Shown here: one piece after another, positions 22,540-34,109 of the stretch
How the letters are laid out: every line of letters starts with the position of its first letter
Position numbering within the stretch: the stretch's first letter is position 1
NCBI RefSeq assembly: GCF_000981445.1
Contig: NC_027218.1
Span: forward strand, 2,666,001-2,730,000
Direction of reading: 5' to 3'
DNA: 64,000 bases
Source: Babesia bigemina
Taxonomy: Eukaryota
Notes under the pieces: model-generated
Told to the model about the DNA's origin: nothing
The model's input: the letters and a program-made list of their open reading frames with translations, nothing else
Database searches by the model: none
Program-made: the position numbers and the translations under genes

Positions 22540-23546
22540 GTCGGAATCGCAGATAGACACAACAAGCAGTTCGACGAATAACCATTTCACTTGTGGGTAT
22601 CCAGTTAGCTGGCATCACAAATTCTCACGTGGCATTTCTTATATATGAAATGTGTTGATGGCCAGCATTGCTGCTACAATCTTCATTCAGCACGGTGCAT
22701 CCGTAGTAACGGCAGACAAGGTTATTGGCGTCACACGTATCGTGTTCAGGATGCAATCTGGCGGGTTGTTTTCCAGCGTCACACGGTTAAATATCCGTAT
22801 ACACGACGGGAATTGTGAATATCCGCATTTTACAAGCTACGGTGTGCACCGTTTTAGACCGTGTTAGCTGGATCCGATAAATTTAGTGGATTTCACCGAA
22901 TACCAAAATAGCTGATGCTCAGCGCAAGCCCGTGACATATCGTTTGCTTACTGCGTCGCTGACTAATCGCGACTTTGTGGTGCTCGTGAATTCCGTGAGG
23001 GATCGACCATCACATGTCCACCTATTGCGGTGCCTATCGAGCTGCTGAAGTAGAATTTCCATTCGCAGCGATCTGTTTATCGGATACAGTAATATAATAA
23101 CATAAGATATTTATGGATCACGGCAATTTGTAGTTGAAACGTTTTGCCAATGGAGATGGATGTAATTTTCTGATTTAAAATGGAGAGGTCTTAGGACTGG
23201 GATCCACGCATACTTTACATAAGTGTACATATTTTCATTTCAGTAATTCATGATAAAAAATGTTTACTGTGGTTCCTTAAGTTCTATGTAAATGTCTATG
23301 TTTTGTTCTTGAGTGTAGGGCAATGTGTATACAACCATGTCGTTGGTGATTTTAACGTAGTGGGTGATTTGTGATGTCACCCTTAATTCCACTCCAAGCG
23401 ATTGTATCGCGCCGAGTGGTTATGAAATATAGAACCATGGATGTTGCCTAAAGTAGTTGTTCATATTGTGATCCTTATGTTACGCGCCATCAGTAGTTGA
23501 TTTTGGACCCTGCTGGATTATGCTAAACCAGTAATTACGTAGAACG

Positions 23547-25152
23547 ATGTCTGAACCACGGCCTTTATCAACTGCAGAACATGACTCATCTGCACCGGCT
23601 AAACAGGCACCGAAAAAAGAGCCTGTAAACTATGGCGTCGTTGGCCAGGTGTTGTACCACGTGGTGTCTTTCACTGAGGGTTACGAACAGCAGGTGTTGT
23701 ACCTGTGCATGAGGCTCTTCGAGTCAACTATGGGCTTCACCAAGCGGCAACAGACGATGCTGATGACCGTGTCTATCATGTCGCGCTTGTGCTTCTCACT
23801 AGTTTGGGGGTTGCTGGCTGATGCTTTTGAAACTAACCTGGTGATGTCTGCCGGGTTATTATTTATGGGCATAGCCTCCATCTTGCTAAGCTCCACGTCA
23901 CGGTACTCGTCGGTAGGTTGTAAATGTTTCACTTCTCATGAGTCTGCAGATCCTCTTCTTGCGTTTCTTACACGGTGCTGCATTTGGTTGTATCTACCCA
24001 GTTCAGCAAAAGATTATCTCGGATGAAGATGATGGGCAGAGTACCGGCAGCAGCAGCACGTTCACTCGTCTTCACGCGCTGAACTGCATTGGCCGTATGA
24101 TCTGTGCCGCCATTACCACGGAGGCTGCTCAAAACATCTTGCTGGGATTTATCGGCTGGCGCGTGTCATACATTGTGTTGGGTTACGTGTGGATTTCGGT
24201 AGGCATCGCGATTATATTTAGTTTGAAAGCTACTGAGGAACTAATCTCTCCTTATGAATCCATGAGCTACTTCATCGAGCAAATGTCTGGGGCATTTAAA
24301 GCAGTTTTCACAAGTGCGACTGCATTTCTGTGTATATTTACGATGTTGATCGCGGAGGCTCCGATGTGTACTCTGCCGTACATGATCACGTACCTGGAAT
24401 ACTTAGGTGTGTCAGACATGAAGGTTGGTATTGCGATTTTAGTCACGACGATTGGCGGCGCAGCAGGAACTGCGGCAGGAGGTGTAGTTATAGACAAAAT
24501 TGCAAGTTTGCACACGGATTATGGTGAGCTCATTGCCGGCATAGTTGTGATGGGCGTGCGACTAATCGTCTGCATTCTGTTCTTCGTGTCCCCTGCGCCA
24601 GATGGACGTCTGATGTGGTATCACTACATAGAGTTTGCGATTCTAGGTGCGACACTGGTTACGGTTGGTGGCGTGGATAGGCCTATAATGAGGAAAGCAA
24701 TAGAAGAAAAGTACCAGGCTACCGCATCCGCCCTAATCCAGTGCATATCGGGTATTTCTATAAGCGTCAGTTTCGTCGAGATCTTCGCGTACGTGTCAGA
24801 GAAGCTGCACGGTTACGCCCCCTCGAAACAGGCAATTGATGACATGGATGCGGCGCTGAAAGATAACAACACCGAGGCTCTGAGGAAATCGACCATGTAC
24901 ATGATCGTGGTAGGGTCACTGCTCAACATTGCGTGCTATGGTGCATTGTTTGGCAGATACAAGGAGGATAAGGAGATTGTTGAAAAGAAAAATGAGAAGG
25001 AACGGGTTGTAAGACAGGAAAAGAAGCAGAAAATGATTGCAGAAAAGCAGGGCAGAAGGGAAGAAGAGCCAATAACAGAAGATCGTCTACATGAATTGGA
25101 TTTGTCATCTAACACGCTAGGGGAACGGCCAATCTTAGAACTGCCGCAGTAA
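23547..25152 (+). CDS. Major facilitator superfamily transporter, 2 exons (intron 23913-23949)
   Basis: Many hydrophobic helices; WGLLAD motif-A-like; LRFLHG; 37-nt GT-AG intron joins the two ORFs. Confidence 0.85.
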
Positions 25153-25581
25153 CAGGGCGTATTAGTGGAGGTGCCAGGGAAAATAGACCTGGATAGGAAA
25201 AGGGCTATGACGATTTAAGAGGCTACAAAATTTCCACGCGCACTTTGCAAGTCATATGAGGGGAATCTTCGATTCTCTCCGTGCGTTGAGCATACACGGC
25301 TTTGGCACACTATGGATGTTCAACAATGAAACAACCGAGGTAATAACGCGTATTGATTTTCGTACCGTCAGGCGCGTTTGATGTTTATGCTGGGGGGTAT
25401 GTGTAGGCCATGCAACAGTTGACGTAGCCTCGTCAACGGACTGTACCAAACGTAACCAACAACGCCCAGTCTTGGCTCTACACGCTCCAATCCATATGAA
25501 TGCTTCATAAACTGGAATAATCTCAAGGGCACTATCAGATGCAGTCCTGGGGCTTCGCGTTGGCGTTTTGCAACCGCAGCC

Positions 25582-25952
25582 ACTGCACTGCCCCTCCTCT
25601 ACCTACACGGGTTCACGCCGCCGGAGGTGGAATCGCAGTTGACAGTCAAGTGCTCTGATGTTATGACTAAGCTACAGGAAATTGTCAACGGCAAGCCTAT
25701 CGCAGATCTTATTTCCGCCATTGACAACTTCCTCGACAACATCCGAGAGCCATTCATCTATACCCTCGTCGCACTATGGTCCATCTCACCACATCATATA
25801 CACACACGTTGGTGTGTCACGTGGGTTTCCTACGCAACCGCTCTAATCATATTCGCGCCAAGGCCTTACACACGAAAGGTCGGAAGATGGTCTCACTGTA
25901 CAAGGACGTCGACTACTTCGACGAAGACCCTATTAGTCAACTTGGTGTATAA
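25582..25952 (+). pseudogene. C-terminal remnant of a large VESA-like gene
   Basis: TALPLLYLHGFTPPEV...IDNFL..IREPFIYTLVALWS, then a disrupted TM, then in another frame KGRKMVSLYKDVDYFDEDPISQLGV*. Confidence 0.65.
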
Positions 25953-26392
25953 TAGTGTATAGTACTCAGATAACTACATGTAAATTGTCGTGTTGTTTTC
26001 AAGTGTGAATTAGCTGGGCATCTTGAATTCGCTGCTAAATGCCGTTGTGTCCTACAAACATACAGATCTGGCATCCTTTCAGGCCTAACAACCTCACATA
26101 GGTCATACAAGTTTCCACATTCCCAAAGATCTAGTTTGATTCGCTACTGTATTCTATGTACTCTCTCGAATGAAGGTTTAATCCTGATTCCTACCATGAA
26201 GCAGGCTTCTTTGCAACTCTCTATTCGACTAACCTGACTGCCGTCGAGATGGTCAACCTGACCACCAATCGTTACGGGGACTTAAAATATACACAATGCC
26301 ACACGCAACGCTTGTACACAAAACATATACGATTGTTTTACGCAGATGCCGTACTATTAGTGATCAGATAAGTGGGATCATTATAACTGCTG

Positions 26393-28129
26393 TCACTTAT
26401 CGCCGAAGCGCTCATGGTGCTGCTGCAGGTAGTTACCGGAGCACATGTGAAAGAGTCTGCTCAGAGCGCGTGAACAGACAAATTCGTTCTCCATCACGTT
26501 CTCATCCCGTATATCAAACCGATACAGATGCGGCGTTGCTGGCGGCTTCCCATGTAACAGAAGGCGATGGTTCTCGCAAATGTCCCATATTCGCCTTGCC
26601 CCAACTGACTCCTCGTCTGGGGCGTGTACGGCGTTGAAGAATAGACCCGTGTGACCACTTGACATGCCTAAACTATCACCCAGTTTCATAAATTCGTCTT
26701 TTGATAGACTAGCTGGGAACTCATTGCAAAATTCCTCCACCGACGCATAGCGTCTGTATAGCCTACTTTGGAAATCCTCTGCGACTTTCACTATCCCTGT
26801 CCTTCCAAACAACTGCAGTAGTGGCACCTTGGAGGCAAGCAACAGCTTGGTCTGTCTCTCGTACAGAACGTCAATCAGCAGCATGAAACTGCGCAGGCGC
26901 CCGTCCATATGGTTTGAAGCATCGAATTGGGGCACTTGCGATATCCAGATGGTATGAAAACGTTCAGCCAACGCTATAAAACCGTCGGTGCCCAACGACA
27001 CTTCCACCTTATCGTTGCTACCAGCAGAGGTGTTTGAAGAACCGCACAAGTTGGGAAAGCGGAAGAACGCCTCTCCGCCTTTTGATAACGGCACGGTGAT
27101 GGATCGCAGCTCCGATACCTTTACAACATCATTTTCGATTATGCTTGTCGCATTGTTGTCCCCCCTAAAAGCAGTCATGAGTGCATTCTCGTCGTCTTTA
27201 GGGTCAAAGTAGTAGACCCGTTGCACATTGCTAGACGAATCTGAGAAGTTGTGCTCTTGTCGAAAATCGTGCGCCTGCAGGTTAAATACGTCACAGTGGC
27301 TCTTCAACAGCGGAATGAAAGGGAGGAAGCGTTCACGGTTTAGACCGCCCTGGTAAAGATCTTCAGGAGGCCTGTTTGAGGTGCATATTACCACCACGCC
27401 CATCTGTACGCTAATTGCATCGAAGACACGCATATCACATACACCCAAGTGATTCACTATCCTATCACAAAACAGCTATGTACGCACACGATACCGCTGC
27501 TATGAAATAATGTAGCGGCAAATATCCCTATAATGCCATGCTGCGGGAACTTTCCCAGAGCGCCCAAACATGAGCACGCCCGCATGTATGCAATTAACAA
27601 ACATGTAGCATACACTCATCAATCATGACACTAAAAACCCAATAAGACGAAATAAACCTACTTGGAATATGTTTTCGAAAAGCGGCTTCAGCACCATGGC
27701 GTCTGAGATGTGGTTCACGAAAAACTCATCCATGCACAACAGGCGAGCGTCCCCCAGAACACTCCTCGCAACGGTGCCCATGACGGTACCGCCGGAGTCG
27801 CTCTTGTGCAGATGCATTTCACGTTGTACACGGATCATAAAGTCGTGAAAGTGCATACGCATCTTGGGCAACGAAACTTGGTCGTAGAAGGCGTCCATCA
27901 GCATGGTCTTCCCCTGACCGACGCCGCCATATATGTACATCCCCCGCACTGCGGGCTGCGGTGCCTCCGGTTTGAGCCGCGAAAACCAGCTTCTAACTGT
28001 CGGAGCTGGTTCAATTCGTGATTCCACGGCAACTCTGACCCGTTCCAGCTGGACGCACAGCTCACGCTGCGACGGCGTCAGCTTCTGGAACGGGAGTCGC
28101 ATGGCCCGAACCCAAGACGGAACTGTCAT
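26393..28129 (-). CDS. AFG1: AFG1/LACE1 (ZapE-like) mitochondrial ATPase, 2 exons (28129-27662, 27403-26393)
   Basis: GMYIYGGVGQGKTMLMD Walker A, HFHDFM, LLCMDEF Walker B, TSNRPPEDLY..GLNR, FMLLIDVLYE, SRALSRL. Confidence 0.92.
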
Positions 28130-28133
28130 CCTT

Positions 28134-28615
28134 TTATTCCGGATACTGCGGTTCCTGCGCAGCGATACGAGCCTCTAGCCTACGCACTATAGCATCCTCA
28201 CGCCGGCAGGCGTCAACACTGGGGATGGAACCGAATTGCCAAGCGAAGGAGCATCTCGCTCGTAGCCCACCAACCAGGCTACTCAGCACACAATTGAGGG
28301 CTGGTCCGAGATCAAAGGGCGCTGTGAACGATACTCGGTGCGTATACCGCTCAAAGACATAGTGCCTGATAGCCTTCCGGTGCTTGAACCTAGACTTGAG
28401 GTACGTCACTCGCCACCTTTTGCGGGGTACATGGGCAAATTCCACCGACGATATATTCCTTCCCTAACTTCTATGAGCATCTACACACTCATTCGTACCT
28501 GCTGCGTCGCCAAAGCCACTCCCTGGCGAACCTTCTCAAGGCAGTCGCGCAGCTCGTGCTTGCGCGGACCGGAGACCTCAACGACCAATGATCTGATAGA
28601 GTACGCAAGGCTCAT
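28134..28615 (-). CDS. Putative mitochondrial ribosomal protein S10-like, 2 exons (intron 28464-28498)
   Basis: MSLAYSIRSLVVEVSG...; VPRKRWRVTYLKSRFKHRKAIRHYVFERYTHRV resembles the uS10 signature region. Confidence 0.6.
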
Positions 28616-28679
28616 GGCACTTATATTTAATAGTGTGAGGATGTGCTACGAAACGAATGACAAAGCTCACCAATCATTT

Positions 28680-29947
28680 CTATGTGAGCAGGTGTGTGCT
28701 GCCGCTGTGGCGGTCGCCGACAGGTTCGCCAGAAGCGCGCAACCGCAGTCTGGATAGCAGGAAGTCAAGCAGCTGCTGTGGCCACCTGCGCCTCACCTCC
28801 TGAAGTGGAAGCAGCGTGCGGCTCTCGGTGTCCCTGCATACCGTGAGGGTGTCTGGGCGGCAACGTACCTGGTCATCTCCACAACGACGGCAGAGAGCGT
28901 CGCTGACCCCGAAATGCGGATGGACTGCACAGTCACGAATGCCTGCTCTTCCATGTCGCTTGGGCCGTAAATCCGCAAATAGCTCATCTTTAAGTCGATC
29001 ATTTTGTTCATCAGGTCGCCAACAATCAGCAGGTTGTGGCGCGGCTCCCACGAATCCTCCCAGTCACCCTTCCAACGCACGAGGAAGTAATCCTTCTTAA
29101 AACGCGGCTTGTAATCTAACAAGTCTTCTACCTCAACAGCTTCCTCGGTTTCGGCAGCAACCTGTGTCACGCTCTTCACCGGTTCCTTGGCCTTCTCATC
29201 AGTTGGCATCTGAGCCTTTTCCGTTGTTGCCGCCGCTTGGTCTCCAGCAGGCTTCACTGACTTGGTACCGCGGGAAACCTGGGCCGGGTCGACCTTGTCA
29301 GACGATTGACCAGTTGTTGCTGCTGGCTCTGGTGATACCTTCTGCTTCTTGTACTGCCTGGCAAGGATGCATGGAACGCTGTCCCCAAACTCACTGTTGG
29401 CTTTGCTGGGTGGTTGAGGGGGTGTGGGGCATTTTCTGACGGTTCTCAACACGGCTAGAGGTGCTCGAGCTACTTGGACTGCACGCATATTAAAGCCGCC
29501 GTTTACCGTCAGGTGGTGACACGCATCACTTACATGACCGCACATACGAAACCATAATGTCACCGATCACACACATATGCCATAATTAGCACGCAAACGG
29601 TTCCAATAGACAACATCAGGGTGGATTCGCTAGGAATCACCGACCATTGCACTTTATGCACGACGACTTACTGTGTCTTTTGCAGTGGAGTCAATCGCTC
29701 GGCTTTCAGCGCCTTCATCTTCGCTTCGAACGCAGGCAAATTGCTCAGGTTGGACTGCGCCGTGTTAGTGGACAGAAGGGCCGCCTACCTCTGGTTCCCA
29801 GGTGTTGTCCGCGTCTGTAAAGCCCTTCCATTTTACCAGGTACTTCGGTTGCTTTTTAAACATACGGAAGTCCAGAATATCTTCCACCTCGTACTCATCT
29901 TCGGATTTGGAGTCGCTATCGACCATCGGCGATTTCTTTTGCTTCAT
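28680..29947 (-). CDS. HP1: Heterochromatin protein 1-like with two chromodomains and a chromoshadow-like end; 5 exons (29947-29789, 29754-29672, 29478-29395, 29357-28869, 28833-28680)
   Basis: [16 protein letters not shown]...NTWEPESNL; second [28 protein letters not shown]-terminal [23 protein letters not shown]. Confidence 0.8.
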
Positions 29948-30258
29948 CCTGCCGAGACTACCACGATCCGTAACTATTCCAGCGAAACGACGCAAGGCTG
30001 CCGTCGCAGAGTTCAGCCTCAAATCAAGCTTCCGCACATAAAATGAATAGCGAAAAGCAGAATGTCTGTGCTACACACGGTCTGCAGGCCACGACACCAT
30101 CAACAGCACGACATCGCGTCTGCGTCGCATCCCATGCATTCAGCTCATACACACGGAACAATGAGTTAAGTTATCTAATTAACCCGCTTCTTCCTATCTT
30201 AACTGCGCGCGAGAGGAAGGCGGTGAAATCGGTGAAGAGACACTCGGAGTGCACTGCG

Positions 30259-31726
30259 CTATACATTCACGTCTGACACGTTGACCGCTATCGGCGGGTC
30301 GGCGTTCCTTTTCACCTCTGATATGCGGCCTTTGAGATAAGCTGATTTCTCCTCCAGCACTGTTTTGGCGCACGCTAGGCGCTCCTCCGTGTCACGTGTG
30401 TTGGCGGCCCACATTCGCGTCTCGGTGTCTGCATGGAATTCCATCGCAGCGAACCCGGTCAGCTCTAGAATCCTGTACTCGTGGTCGCCATCTAACGGCA
30501 CATCGCGTATCATGCGGCCAAGCTTGTCCGCGAACAACTCGCGCGACTCGACGATTTCCACATCGCCCATTCGGCCCTCAAGCCGGCTGCACCTCGTGAG
30601 GTCGCGTGAAGTTTGGCATACCTTAGCTGCGCCTCCTGCTCGTTGCACTTGTCGTACAGCTTCGCCACGGCGCGAGCATTCCCCTGTGTTAGGTTCGGGT
30701 TGCGCAGCCGCTCACGCTCGTCTTCCAGGATCGACACATCCGCCTGCGAAGGATTTTAGCCTCCCTATCACCGCGTATCCGCGCTCTTACCAGCACAATG
30801 GGATCCTTGGTCGCCGGCATGTCAACGATCGACAGCCGCTGTGTAGCCCGCACTACTATCTTGCCGGTGGTGTCGAAGTCGGTCAGGTCCACGAACTACG
30901 CTCAGATGTCTCACATAGTCCCGGTTCGCCTACCTCGCACATGCACGCGTGCGGAGATATCTCGGGGTCAACATTGTCGAATTTCGACGGCTCCAGGAAG
31001 GCGACCGGTATCCCGAATACGTTACTTGAGCGCACCTGCTCCACCAAAAGCTCCCGATGGGGCTCTTGAAGCGTTATCGTTGACAACTGGCCGGGCACCT
31101 GCATAAACGTGTTCGGCCGCGTCATCCAGCAGATAACGTACCACTGGCGAGTGCGACTTTATCGTGGTCGGGAAGAGGCGGTAACGCTTCGTCACCGACG
31201 GGGAGTCGAAAATGCGATACATCTGGGTGGGCAGCACAATCTTCCGCAGATTGTCGATGTCGACGGTGTTTTGTTCGCCGCCCTCGGTCCCGGCGCGATA
31301 TAGCTCGTTCTCCATCAGTTCCCGGTTGTGCTCCTCCAGGATATAGTACAGCTTCTGCAGGTGGCCGCCTCGTGGCCGGCTCACCTCCCCAGAGATCGGC
31401 AGACTGATGCGCATGTGCTCCTTACGCCGCTTGAAGGTCTCCAGCTGTTGCTTTGTCAGCTCGAGGCTCATCGACTCCAGCCGGCTCTGCGTGGCGCTGT
31501 CGCGTGCCGCGTGAGGGTTCAGCTCGGAATCCACGTTGCGCGGAAAGCGCAGATTCGAGTTGTAGATGGCGCACTCGAACATCATCTCGTCGATGTGATC
31601 GCTGCGCAGCCGACCCGGAATCCGCCTCGCCGACGCGAAGCCATGCGTGACACGGAAGGCCAGAGAACGGTCAATAACAGCCAAGCACAGCATTAGACAC
31701 ACACATGGCAGCCACGCAACGGTCAT
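30259..31726 (-). CDS. Multi-exon hypothetical protein with signal peptide (possibly apicoplast-targeted; weak Lon N-domain-like character)
   Basis: Hydrophobic leader plus basic stretch; chained GC3-rich ORFs 31726-31022, 31125-30883, 30892-30689, 30737-30510, 30648-30259; exon limits approximate. Confidence 0.6.
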
Positions 31727-31795
31727 CTCTCACTACCGTGGATTCCGGTGCGGATGCGATGCTGCCGCCTACTCTAGACATTCAGTCGAAATAAA

Positions 31796-32273
31796 ATGGA
31801 GGCTTCAAACAATATTGACACTCACGACCATCTCGAGCCCATTATCTACATTTGCGCCGGTAAGCATGATTACGTTAGTAAATATTCCCTCTGATGGGCC
31901 GTTGATGGCGTTGTTCGGGCGTCCAGTCGCCGAGCTGGGCGGGGCGCCTTCGCAGCCGATGTCGCCCAGGCCGCCGTTTTACGCGTCTTTCGGCCCCCCA
32001 ATATAGCACAAAATGGATTTAGATTATATGAGACCCTAGCAACGGGCGGAATTCGCACGTGCTTATACATTTGGGCGCCAATGCGCGACCTCGCTATGCC
32101 GTGGCCGCATGACCATGTCGATGTGTACGCGATTTGACCGAAATCATCTGTATGCAGAGTGCGGAAACGATCTGGCGGTTCAGCCGACGCAAACTGTGAG
32201 GTGCCGTAACTGCGGCTCCAGGATCCTCTACAAGAAGAGGTCGCACAGGGTGGTCCAGTACGAAGCCAGATGA
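31796..32273 (+). CDS. RPB12: RNA polymerases I/II/III subunit RPABC4, 2 exons (31796-31859, 32158-32273); absent from the ORF track
   Basis: [44 protein letters not shown] zinc ribbon. Confidence 0.95.
31896..32072 (+). ncRNA. Candidate structured intronic RNA (H/ACA snoRNA-like) in the RPB12 intron
   Basis: GGGCCG(31896)/CGGCCC(31991) closing a ~100-nt hairpin with CTGGGCG/CGCCCAG; ANANNA box ATAGCA 32003-32008; ACA 32067-32069. Confidence 0.45.
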
Positions 32274-32280
32274 GAGGACG

Positions 32281-33422
32281 ATGACCAAGCTGTCCGAGGC
32301 TCAGGACCAGGTTGAACGTAAGTGGAACGCTCTAGAACCGTCCAATGCGCCGCAGGTCTGAAGCAGCAAGCCGAGAAGTTTCTCACGTGCGATGACGACG
32401 GCCTGCTCAGCCTCTACGACGAGTACGTGCAGTTCAAGGCGCTGTTGACGCAACTGCTGTCCACGGTGGCGCGGTACAGGATCCAACTCAGTAGCACCGA
32501 TGCGACCAAGGTGTTTTGGGGGCCCAAAACGCGCCTGGTAGTCGAGACGCTGGTGCGGCACTACGACAAGGTCTACGAAATCGATGAGGAGCAGCTGGCC
32601 CCGCGGTTCGTGGAGGTGGAGCGCGTAAACGAGCTCCTGTCAAAACAGGTAAGAAAGCGCAACATCCAGTTTAAAAAATGCCCTTAAGGCGGCTGAAGAT
32701 GTAGATGACGACGACGAGCGCGAAGAATTTTCCATCATTCAGGAGACCAAGGAGGACCTCAAACGCATACAGCAGGCCAAGGAGCAGCTCAAGAATAAGC
32801 CCGGTTTCCTCCAAGCAGACCTCAGCAACATCCAGAATCAAGACTCAGTGGTGGCCAACGCGTTTTACTGCGTGCAGCAGGTGTATAAAAACGACCCCGC
32901 CGTGTCACTCGAGGACATCCTTGCCAAGCTCTACAAGGACGACTCCGACAACTTCCTGCTTGTTCTGGGAAACGTTTCGCATTTGATCTCGCAAATCGCC
33001 AAGCACCCAGACGAGTTGCAACTACGTCTGCTCCGCGTGAACAACGAACAGCTGTACGAGGATATTATTAGACACCCGGCGGCCGTGGCGCTGCTGAAGT
33101 ACACCCGCTTCAAAATAAAGCACGGCGAGGAAGTCAAGGATGCGCTTACCCAACGTAGGTTATCGTATTTACTGGCTAATGCGCTGCAGTTGGTTTTACC
33201 GACATTTCTGATGAGTATTTTCTCTATCTCAACGAGCCCGATATGTTCGGTGACTACGGAGCGTGGAAGGAGTGGATCGACTTTGTGGGCTCCACAAGCC
33301 GTCTGCTTGAGAACTTTACGGCAGCCTATAAGTCCATCATGCGAACCAAGAGGGAGGACGAGGCAGACGCCGTTGCGGAGGCCATGTCGCTATCTAGGGC
33401 TGCTATAGGGGAGGTGCCCTAG
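32281..33422 (+). CDS. PUB-domain-like protein, multi-exon
   Basis: ISQIAKHPDELQLRLLRVNNEQLYEDIIRHPAAVALLKYTRF fits the PUB pattern; three short GT-AG introns. Confidence 0.7.
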
Positions 33423-33514
33423 TGCCCGCACAGCACTCGAGAGACTGTAACGTATAGCCGTCGAAACAGAATTTAATCCTAAGAATGTGAAGCTAGTACA
33501 CACTTGTCATCGCA

Positions 33515-33883
33515 ATGTCGAAGAAAAATAACCGCACGGTAATTAAAAAGCGGTACGATGTCGTCAAGAAGCAGATGGTCGACCAAGAGCGCAAACGCCA
33601 GGAGCGCAACAACCTCAAGAAGCTCTGCCGCGGCGTAAACTTGCAGGTATATTTTTTCTTAGTGCATTACACCACCGTTCAGTTGAGCTCGTTCAGTCTC
33701 GGGCAGTCGAGCCAACATACCTCCAGCGCTCCCTTAGAGGACGTCGTGATGAAGGACACGAAACCCGGCGTCCGCGGCACCAACTTCTGCCGAGTGGTAT
33801 CTGGCGGCCAGATGATCACGGCGAGGCGCAAGAAGGTCCTCAAGCAGGCGCTGAAGCGCCAGCGCAAACTCAACGTCGCTTGA
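33515..33883 (+). CDS. Small basic hypothetical protein with a probable 36-nt in-frame intron
   Basis: Lys/Arg-rich ORF with coding-like codon usage. Confidence 0.65.
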   Translation: MSKKNNRTVIKKRYDVVKKQMVDQERKRQERNNLKKLCRGVNLQVYFFLVHYTTVQLSSFSLGQSSQHTSSAPLEDVVMKDTKPGVRGTNFCRVVSGGQMITARRKKVLKQALKRQRKLNVA

Positions 33884-34109
33884 CCACGAGGCGCAACCGT
33901 ATCGCAAAAATCAACACAAACGCAATCTAATCGTCAGCACAGCCACAACAGTGGCGGTTATTTCGGTCCATGTGCATTGAAATGTGCCCGAAGTGGCAGA
34001 ATTAATTATACATGTTAAAGCGTTATGGAATAGATAATGTACTAAGGCTGGCGTCTTGAGTTTCGCGTATATAACCAACCACCTACTGCACAGTGAAGTC
34101 CGCATCCAT

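Noticed and set aside
27404..27661. 258-nt AFG1 intron as a snoRNA host
   Set aside because: Has a TGATGA but no matching CTGA, terminal stem or identifiable guide
29479..29671. 193-nt HP1 intron with a GGTGACA/TGTCACC stem and CTGA
   Set aside because: No convincing box C or rRNA complement; insufficient evidence
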